DNA from: Octopus sinensis
Taxonomy: Eukaryota
Assembly (NCBI RefSeq): GCF_006345805.1
Contig: NW_021828604.1
Coordinates: forward strand, 1-8,049
DNA: 8,049 nt
Direction of reading: 5' to 3'
Shown here: in pieces, positions 1 through 7,290 of the stretch
Layout: each line of letters starts with the position of its first letter
Numbering within the stretch: position 1 is the first letter of the stretch
The notes under the pieces: generated by a model
Database searches by the model: none
Seen by the model: the letters and a program-made list of their open reading frames with translations, nothing else
Told to the model about the DNA's origin: nothing
Program-made: the position numbers and the translations under genes

Positions 1-139
1 AAAGAAAAAGAGATAGATAAATTTATAGAAAGAAAGATGAATTCATTGATTGAGTGAGTGATTGACAAATTTAAGAGATCGATAAATTAATAAGCTAACG
101 GATAGACAGATAGCTGGACAAACAAACAGATAGGTAGAA

Positions 140-169
140 ACACACACATACATACATACACACATACAT

Positions 170-202
<33 letters not shown>

Positions 203-442
203 TACATACATACATACATACATACATACATACATACACACATACATACATACATACATACACACATACACACATACATACATACATAATACATACGTAC
301 ATACATACATACACACATACACACATACATACATACATACATACATACATACACACATACACACATACATACATACATACATACATACATACATACATAC
401 ATACACACATACATACACACACACATACACACACACACACAC
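140..442. repeat. Compound (CATA)n/(CA)n microsatellite
   Basis: About 300 bp of CATA units interspersed with CA dinucleotides. It produces the MCVCMYVC-type ORFs. Confidence 0.98.
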
Positions 443-534
443 GTGCACGCACGTGTATTTTATACATTATATACATGCACGCGTTTATGGAAACGGACAC
501 AAACGCATGCACATGTCTGTGTTATATTGTGTAT

Positions 535-598
535 GTTGCCCCAGCATGGCCACAGGTTGTGAGCTGAAACTAGATAAAAAATAAAAATAGAAAATAAA
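535..598 (+). mobile_element. Orphan retroposon 3' tail (CCAGCATGGCC module plus A-rich tail)
   Basis: TGCCCCAGCATGGCCACAG...GCTGAAACTAGATAAAAAATAAAAATAGAAAATAAA. The same module occurs, reverse-complemented, at the 3' ends of the SINEs at 4122-4540 and 6948-7290 and at 1516-1587. Confidence 0.7.
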
Positions 599-710
599 TG
601 AAGTGGATGCGCGGCGTTCGATCCTATACTAAAATAATAAATAAAACATATGCATATATACATACATTTATGTACATACCTACATCTATATGTATATATA
701 TACATGCATA

Positions 711-852
711 TGTGGGTACAGGACACCAAAAGAACAAAACAAAAAAAAACATAGGGACACAAGGAGAAACGAAAACATAAAAACAAAAAACATGGAATCG
801 GACTTTTTTCAAACACAACGAAAAAAAACAGAGCACAAGACATACAACACAA
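711..852. mobile_element. Short A-rich interspersed-element fragment bounded by TA-rich sequence
   Basis: Non-repetitive insert between TA-rich tracts. Its right end (829-852) is a 22/24 inverted match to 1171-1193, so it belongs to a repeated family. Confidence 0.55.
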
Positions 853-868
853 TATATAGATATATATA

Positions 869-904
<36 letters not shown>
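853..904. repeat. (TA)n microsatellite
   Basis: Direct reading. Confidence 0.98.
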
Positions 905-910
<6 letters not shown>

Positions 911-1062
911 GTGAAATAGAAAGATGAATAATCTTGTAGTAGATTAATCAAAAGTTTAACCGATACCTTAGTAGCAAAAATCACAGAAACACGTGTAGAA
1001 TGAAATAAAACGATTTCTGTTCAATCTGCGTTTCAGCTCCATTTCTTCAATCACCAATAATG

Positions 1063-1063
<1 letters not shown>

Positions 1064-1113
<50 letters not shown>

Positions 1114-1120
1114 TATACAT
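1064..1120. repeat. (TA)n microsatellite
   Basis: Direct reading. Confidence 0.98.
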
Positions 1121-1193
1121 ATATTGCTCTTACCTTCGAAACACGGAGTAGTCGAAGCAGGGGATATTCCTTGTGTGTATGTCTTGTACTCTG
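1121..1193. mobile_element. Short TA-embedded element fragment (same family as 711-852, opposite orientation)
   Basis: 73-bp island inside (TA)n. It overlaps 829-852 in reverse complement and contains the hairpin CTTCGA-12nt-TCGAAG (1134-1157) and a CGAAAC motif. Confidence 0.55.
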
Positions 1194-1245
1194 TATATAT
1201 ATATATATTATATATATATATATCTATATACATTATGTACATGTA

Positions 1246-1277
<32 letters not shown>

Positions 1278-1302
1278 GATATATATATATTATATATATA
1301 TC

Positions 1303-1332
<30 letters not shown>
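1194..1332. repeat. Interrupted (TA)n microsatellite
   Basis: Direct reading. Confidence 0.97.
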
Positions 1333-1333
<1 letters not shown>

Positions 1334-1500
1334 AACAATTGCCGTGGAAGGTGTTTGTAAGCCATTTAAGAAACCACACAAAGCCGTTCGATTCACTTCA
1401 ACATTTAAGTTTAATTTGTCAAAATATTTTCGTCGCTAAAATCCGCGACCTGTTCACTGACAAAGTCCGTGCTGCATCTCTATGCGAGTACATCTCCGTA
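1333..1500 (-). mobile_element. TA-embedded short element carrying a hammerhead motif (Penelope-like/retrozyme-like remnant)
   Basis: 168-bp island with (TA)n on both sides and no ORF or Pol III boxes. It contains a hammerhead fold. Minimal hammerheads are an established feature of Penelope-like element repeats; the assignment here is inference. Confidence 0.6.
1415..1464 (-). ncRNA. Putative minimal type I hammerhead ribozyme, G3-C8 core variant
   Basis: Minus strand reads TTTGTCA-GTGAACA-G-GTCGC-GGATTTTA-GCGAC-GAA-A-ATAT-T-T-TGACAAA. This gives a 7-bp stem I, a 5-bp stem II, the GAAA box, a palindromic AATATT stem III and a UH site, all in exact register. Confidence 0.65.
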
Positions 1501-1515
1501 ATATATATATATATA

Positions 1516-1587
1516 TCCTTAAATCCTTAAATCCTTAAAAATGTTTTAGCCCGAAGGCCGCGGCCATGCTGGGGCACCACCGCTGAA
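1516..1587 (-). mobile_element. 5'-truncated retroposon 3' end with (TTTAAGGA)3 tail
   Basis: Minus strand reads CGGTGGTGCCCCAGCATGGCCGCGGCCTTCGGGCTAAAACAT followed by three TTTAAGGA units. It shares the CCAGCATGGCCGC module with the SINEs. Confidence 0.75.
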
Positions 1588-1604
1588 TGAGCTACACTAG
1601 TTTG

Positions 1605-1628
1605 TGTATATATATATATATATATATA
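1605..1628. repeat. (TA)n microsatellite
   Basis: Direct reading. Confidence 0.95.
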
Positions 1629-1761
1629 ATATGACGAATACTGCAGAATTCCTGACGTAGATGCAGTGACAATTATATCGTAACTGTGGAAGACGTCAGG
1701 TAGCCTAAATGGTGAAAGTGCTTTCTTTAATTGGCGTACTACTAACCATATACCCAAAGTC

Positions 1762-1787
1762 CACACACACACACACACACACACATA
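1762..1787. repeat. (CA)n microsatellite
   Basis: Direct reading. Confidence 0.95.
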
Positions 1788-1870
1788 CAATATAAATACA
1801 TATTATGTATGTATGCAAGGTGCCGGACAGTGAGAAATAAGCCGAAACCATTTTCAAGGCGTTGTGCCTT

Positions 1871-1965
1871 AGCGGCGAAACGGCAGAATCGTCAGTACGC
1901 CGAGGAAACCACCCAGCTGTGTTTCGTCCTTTTACATTCTGAGTTCAAATTCTGCCAAGGTGACC
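1871..1965 (+). mobile_element. Degenerate tRNA-derived SINE 5' head fragment
   Basis: A-box-like GGCAGAATCG (1882-1891) and B-box GAGTTCAAATTC (1941-1952). GGCAGAAT and ATTCTGCC form an 8-bp inverted pair. It resembles an octopus SINE head I recall (not verified). Confidence 0.55.
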
Positions 1966-1995
1966 AAGAATTATCCCCACATGGTGGAAGAAGAC

Positions 1996-2230
1996 AGTAT
2001 ACAATGTTTCCTGTTGGGACCGATCAGTCCGATGCCAGCTCAACAGGTTCTGCCGCATGTCGGGCACCGGTGGTCTGCAGGGACTGAAGGCTAAGAGTTG
2101 GTTCTAGACATGCGCAGTTCGCGTTTTCTTTGACCCCCTGCAATCCGATTCTGCTGGCGCAGATTCGCCAGGCAGAGCGGTCTTATGCTTCCGTTTTCCA
2201 GGAATCAAGGTTGATCTCAAAGCTTTTTGC
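1996..2230 (-). mobile_element. Decayed 3' end of an RTE-clade non-LTR retrotransposon ORF
   Basis: Manual minus-strand translation gives KSFEINLDSWKTEA*DRSAWR, then after a frameshift NRIAGGQRKRELRMSRTNS*PSVPADHRCPTCGRTC*AGIGLIGPNRKH. This matches the RTE C-terminal pattern W..LA.DRSAWR ... CxxCGR.F.ARIGL.SH.R.H. Three stops and one frameshift. Confidence 0.8.
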
Positions 2231-2575
2231 TCGACATTACTAGCTTACAGACCGTGTTCAAATCCATTGTCGGCATTTCTTTACGAAACATTTTTTTCTT
2301 TCTTATTTGCTCCAGTTAACCTCTAGCTTCTATGAGGAGTTGTAACTGAAATGCATTTCACAACGCTGCGATTGGAATCACCGAGCTCCGTTAGCTTCAG
2401 TTGATCCTCAGCTTCAAACTGTCTTTACCAATAATGTCAAGGTAGACGTGGGGTCTTCATCGTCTTTTAGAGTGCAGAAATTTCCAAAATATACAACAGA
2501 AACCAACTTGGTGTGGTGTTCAACGCGATCTTAGTGGTCAACAAAGCGTGTCTGCATTGCCGGGTCTTAACTCAC

Positions 2576-2638
2576 CAGAATAAATATCAAACAGCCTATA
2601 GAAAATTACTGCAAATTTACTACGTAACTCCGAGCTTC
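2576..2638 (-). other. Candidate 63-nt internal exon (unverified)
   Basis: Acceptor ...TTTCTTAACTCAACAGCTGTTTCAG|G with a CTTAAC branch-like motif and donor CTG|GTGAGT. One frame is open (SSELRSKFAVIFYRLFDIYS, phase 1-1). No protein family recognised. Confidence 0.25.
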
Positions 2639-2760
2639 CTGAAACAGCTGTTGAGTTAAGAAATTATGCATTTTCTTCTTAGTATTCTTTTATTTTTTAT
2701 GGTCTATGTAAATATATCTATGTGCGTGAAGCCTGATTGTGTTTATCTCCATTACTACTA

Positions 2761-2806
2761 CTCTCTCTCTCTCCTTCTCTCTTTATGTGTGTGTGTGTGT
2801 GTGTGT
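2761..2806. repeat. Compound (CT)n-(GT)n microsatellite
   Basis: (CT)n at 2761-2782 and (GT)n at 2786-2806. Confidence 0.95.
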
Positions 2807-3134
2807 ATGGCTATGCTATCCGTTAGCCTGAAGATTTGAGAGGCCATCTGATATGTTTTGCAGTATTTTATAGATGTTGCACTTCATACATGCCTGCCTG
2901 TACGATGTTACAGGGCAATAAGATTTCTTTAAGAAACAAATTCTAGCGATACCGTATACTAACCAGTTCGTCTGTTTTTAATATCATTTCGCGCCATGCT
3001 GGAGTCCTTTTCGACTTTGGAAACTCTTGGATTACCAAACACCAATAGACTTCCTGGATTGTTTACTTTATGGTTTGTGTTTTACCATAAAGCCATTAAT
3101 GTGAATGTGTATCATTTCGATACGCTCCGATGTT

Positions 3135-3139
<5 letters not shown>

Positions 3140-3184
<45 letters not shown>

Positions 3185-3190
3185 ATATTA
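3140..3190. repeat. (TA)n microsatellite
   Basis: Direct reading. Confidence 0.97.
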
Positions 3191-3351
3191 ATCTTAACAT
3201 GAAAACACAACAATGCGGGGACGTGGAACAGTATAGTATTATTGGACGCTCAGGAAAGCGGAGCTCTTCGTCAGAAACATAGGAAAATAAAGATCCAAAG
3301 AAAGGAAGACGGAGGAAAAAAAATCGCCAACGGTACACACGCGATCACATT
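3191..3351 (-). mobile_element. TA-embedded short element with half of a hammerhead core
   Basis: Island between TA tracts. The minus strand has CTGACGA-A-GAGC-TCC-GCTT (3274-3256), with no GAAA box after it. Confidence 0.5.
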
Positions 3352-3440
3352 TATATATAATATATATATTATATGTATGTATATAAATATATATGTATGT
3401 ATATGTATGTGTTTCTGTGCATGTTTATATATGTATGTAG
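3352..3440. repeat. TA/TATG low-complexity tract
   Basis: Direct reading. Confidence 0.9.
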
Positions 3441-3772
3441 TACGAAAAGATGGAATGATCAGGCTTTAATCCCAACCACAATTGTTTCTTCGCATTTAGC
3501 TTTTTTAAAATTAAGCAAGGCACTTCGTTTATCAACGGGGAATGCCAGGGGGTGGGATTAATTCTGCGACAGATTGTGGTCCCATTCAAGACAGGGGACG
3601 AGGTTCGTATGCTCAATCTAAAAAAATTCGGTTAAGTTCTGGCCTAACGAGTCAATAAACTCGAAGCAGACGTGTTTTACAATAAGAGGTCGAGTATTCC
3701 ACGGACATCTTAACATAAATTCAAAATCATCTCATCTACAACACTAGACTTATTTTAATTACGGATAGATGC

Positions 3773-4008
3773 GTGAAAGCGCGTAGCTTTAGTAGTTTTC
3801 AGCTCATGATCGTAAGGTTGTGAGTTCGAATTTTGGTGATGCGTTGTGTCCTTAAGCAAGACACTTTATTTCACGTTGCATCTGTTCACTCAGCTTGCAA
3901 AAACGAGTTGTATAATCGGCCTTGTCACACCTCCCTCAGAACTACGTCAAGGGTACGTAGATGGGATCAACTGGAACCCTTGTCGTCGTAACCGACGGAG
4001 TACCAGTC
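3773..4008 (+). mobile_element. tRNA-derived SINE (CORE-like centre, internally deleted 3' module)
   Basis: A-box-like GTAGCTTTAGTAG, B-box GAGTTCGAATT (3822-3832) and CORE-like GTGTCCTTAAGCAAGACACTT. Its 3' blocks are shared with 7600-7974. Flanks ACGGATAGATGC (3761-3772) and ACGGGAAGATGC (4009-4020) match 10/12, a putative TSD. Confidence 0.85.
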
Positions 4009-4028
4009 ACGGGAAGATGCCCATCCAA

Positions 4029-4088
4029 AGGGCTTTCGCACAGTTTCCATCCACCTGCACAATTTCATTCCCAGAGGTGTGTCGAATC
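4029..4088 (-). mobile_element. Degraded internal fragment of the 4122-4540/6948-7290 SINE type
   Basis: GGGCTTTCGCACAGTTTCCATCCA aligns to GGGCTTCATTCAGTTTCCGTCTA (about 4406-4428). Confidence 0.4.
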
Positions 4089-4121
4089 AACAATACACAC
4101 ATTCATGCATAATGATGGGAT

Positions 4122-4339
4122 CTTTCTTTTTCACCTTTTGCTTGTGCTAGTCATTAGAATGCGGCCATGCTGGAGCACCGCCTTAAAGGTTTTTTTTAAG
4201 TCTCGTACTTAATGTATCGATCTCATTTGACGATCCCTGTTAGTTACGTGCACGTAAACACAATAATACCGGTTATCAAGTGGTGGTGGTGGTGGTGGTG
4301 GTAGGAGGACAAACTGACACACATATATATACACACACA

Positions 4340-4371
<32 letters not shown>

Positions 4372-4540
4372 ACACACACACACACGCACAAACACACGTA
4401 CATGACGGGCTTCATTCAGTTTCCGTCTATGAAATCCACTCGTAAGGCGTTGGTCAATCTGTGGCTATGCAAGAAGACACTTGCCCAAGGTGCCACGCAG
4501 TGGGACTGAAACCGAAACCATGTGCTTCTTACCACGCAGC
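4122..4540 (-). mobile_element. tRNA-derived CORE-type SINE with expanded internal microsatellites
   Basis: Minus strand has a head GCTGCGTGGTAAG..., a B-box-like GGTTTCAGTCCC, CORE-like CACCTTGGGCAAGTGTCTT and a CCAGCATGGCCGC tail. Segment 4472-4510 is 38/39 identical to 7208-7246. Confidence 0.9.
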
Positions 4541-4704
4541 GAAAGAAAATTGTGTACAGTTAGAGAGTACAGCGTGTATAAGTAAGGTGTGACACACACA
4601 CATGCAAACCTACGTATACACAGAATGGCACAAACACAAGCATATGAATACCTATATACACGCCATACATATAGAGAATTATTACATGCAGAAACATACA
4701 CACT

Positions 4705-4729
4705 TATATGGATGTATGTGTATGTATAT

Positions 4730-4774
<45 letters not shown>

Positions 4775-4950
4775 CACACACATCCATATACACATACACA
4801 TATACATATATATAGATATATACATACATATATATATATATATATAATACATCCATATTTATATACATATATTACAGATTATACATATATACACACACAC
4901 AATATATATATACAATATAATATATAATATATATGTATACTAAATATATA

Positions 4951-4981
<31 letters not shown>

Positions 4982-5383
4982 CATATACATACATATATAT
5001 ACACACATATACATCATATATATGCATATATATACCATATATGCATATATAAGCATACATATATATACATACACATATAACATATATACACACATATATA
5101 TAATATAGATATATACATATACACATACAAATATATATATCATATGTACAATACATGTATGTATACAAACATATACACAACTGTATATGTATACATTCAT
5201 ATATGATTACATATATGTTTACATACATATATTCACATATGGATACATACATATATATATTATAGATATATATACTATATTATATATATATATAGATACT
5301 ATACACAGCATATATATGCGTGTGTGTTGTGTGTGTATATAATATATACATACAAACATACATGTATGTATATATATATATAT

Positions 5384-5417
<34 letters not shown>

Positions 5418-5444
5418 ATATATATATACATACAAACATACATG

Positions 5445-5493
<49 letters not shown>

Positions 5494-5500
5494 GCGCTTA
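4705..5500. repeat. Long degenerate (TA)/(TACA) low-complexity array
   Basis: About 800 bp of TA with CA/CATA interruptions. Confidence 0.97.
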
Positions 5501-5624
5501 TACATGCAAGCGCGTGTGTGTGTGGTAATCCCCCCCGTCTGCTCTGTGAATCCTTTGTTTTTATGAACTGTCGTCGACTAAACGATTCCATCATTTTCTT
5601 CTTTAATAATTTGTCGTTGCCGTG

Positions 5625-5736
5625 TTTTTTTTTTTCTTTTTCTTCTTTTTCTTCTTCTTATTATTTTTATTCTTGTTGTTGTTGTTACTGCTGTTCTGCT
5701 GCTACGACTACTGCTGTAGTTGTAGTCTGCTGCAGC
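5625..5736. repeat. Compound trinucleotide tract (T)n-(CTT)-(TTA)-(TTG)-(CTG)-(CTA/GTA)
   Basis: Direct reading. Confidence 0.9.
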
Positions 5737-5837
5737 ACGGCTTTGCTAATGCAGTCGGTCAAATTAGACCAATATATAATAGTACTGCCGGTCCCTTTAA
5801 CAAGACTACGCTGAGATTTAGAAGCGAGAACGTTGCT

Positions 5838-5995
5838 TGCACACACGCATACGCGCGCACGCACACACACACACACACACAACGCACATACACACACATA
5901 CGCACGCACACACGTACACACACACACACACACACACTCAGAAATACACAGATAGACAACTACTAACGTACACACAGACACACAAACGCATATAC
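5838..5995. repeat. (CA)n/(CGCA)n microsatellite
   Basis: Direct reading. Confidence 0.93.
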
Positions 5996-6042
5996 GAGTT
6001 CTAACGACCTTGTGTCTTCGGAAAAGACGTCGTATAATAATT

Positions 6043-6128
6043 ATGTGTGTGTGCGCGCAGGCGCGCGCGTGCGTGTGTTGGTTTATTTTTGCGCGTGTGT
6101 GTGTATGTGTGTGTCTGTGTGTGTGTGT
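6043..6128. repeat. (TG)n/(GC)n alternating purine-pyrimidine tract
   Basis: Direct reading. Confidence 0.93.
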
Positions 6129-6209
6129 ATTTTGCAATCTATATTTTCGCAACGGTGTATAAATGATGTATACTTAACTCTAGTCCGACACTCAATAAAA
6201 AAGTATCTG

Positions 6210-6270
6210 TAATATATACATATATACGTATATATATGTATATATACGTATAAACATATACATATATATA

Positions 6271-6308
<38 letters not shown>

Positions 6309-6945
6309 TATATATATATATATATCAATACATACCACATATATATATACATATATATAAAATACATATATATATACTATTATATATATATATATGTACA
6401 TATATATATACATAAATATATACACATATATATATATATACATATATTATATATGCATATATATATATACATTCATATATATATGCATATATATAATACA
6501 TATATATATATATATACATATATATATATGTATATACATATATCATCTATATATATATATACATATATATATACATACATATATATATATATATAATAAT
6601 ATATATATATATGTACATATGTTATATATATTAATACTCATATATGCATATATATATATTTATACATACACACATAGATATATGTGTGTGTCTATATATG
6701 TATGTATCTGTGTATTTATGTATAAATATGTATTACATACACACATATATATATATACATAGATATGTATCCAACACATGCACATATATAATATGCACAC
6801 ACACATATATATATATATATATAGTTCTACTAAGTTCAGTATGTGGCAAAGTAATTTATTTTACTAAGCCCTAATTATATAATGTAATATATATATATAT
6901 ATATATATTTATACATATACACACAAACACACACACATATATATA
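6210..6945. repeat. Long degenerate (TA)/(TACA) low-complexity array
   Basis: Direct reading. A short unique island lies near 6822-6875. Confidence 0.96.
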
Positions 6946-6947
6946 AA

Positions 6948-7290
6948 TCTTTCATCATTTGCTTTTGATATTCGACTGCGACCATGCTGGAGTACTGCTT
7001 TATTCTTTGTAAGCCTAGTACTTATTCTATTGGTTATCTTTTGCTGAACCGCTAAGTTCTGGGGACGCAACTTCACCATCAGCGGTTGTCAAGCCGATGG
7101 TAGGGCGACAAACACTGACACAAACACACACATATATACGACAGGCTTCTTTCAGATTTTGTCTATCAAACTCACTTCCAAGGCTTTGGTAGACCCGAAG
7201 CTAAAACAGAAGACACTTGACCAAGGTGCCACGCAGTGGGACTGAACTCGGAGCCATGTGGTTGGGAAGCAAGCTTCTTACCAATCAACC
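6948..7290 (-). mobile_element. tRNA-derived CORE-type SINE (same family as 4122-4540)
   Basis: Minus-strand head GGTAAGAAGCTTGCTTCCCAACCACATGGCTCCGAGTTCAGTCCC, CORE-like CACCTTGGTCAAGTGTCTT and tail CTCCAGCATGGTCGCAGTC. Collinear with 4122-4540. Confidence 0.9.

Noticed and set aside
1516-1539. (TCCTTAAA)3 as a telomere-like or CRISPR-like repeat
   Set aside because: Only three units with no spacers, and it is directly attached to a retroposon 3' module as its tail.
1845-1895. CTGACGA...AAGGC/GCCTT-GAAA on the minus strand
   Set aside because: About 18 unpaired nt separate the box from the stem, there is no stem I, and it overlaps the SINE head.
1809-2087. 92-aa plus-strand ORF with ordinary-looking composition
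   Set aside because: It runs across a SINE head and the antisense strand of the RTE fragment, so it is a chance open frame.
2350-2415. Second hammerhead candidate on the minus strand (CTGAGGA...GAAA-TGCA-TT)
   Set aside because: Stem I does not pair in register and the stem II closing pair is a U-U mismatch. It is better explained by the palindrome TGAAATGCATTTCA.
3066-3092. 9-bp hairpin CTTTATGGT/ACCATAAAG
   Set aside because: Isolated and AT-rich. Bacterial terminator logic does not apply here, and chance is likely.
2996-3136. 46-codon small ORF with a GCC-ATG start context
   Set aside because: The start lies in a GCCATGCTGGAG motif resembling the decayed SINE tail, and there is no other coding support.
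3846-4212. 88-aa and 83-aa plus-strand ORFs
   Set aside because: They lie within or across SINE sequences.
43-6874. ORFs made of YI/CV/HT/MYVC repeats in the ORF track
   Set aside because: They are translations of stop-free microsatellite frames, with no domains or coding-like composition.
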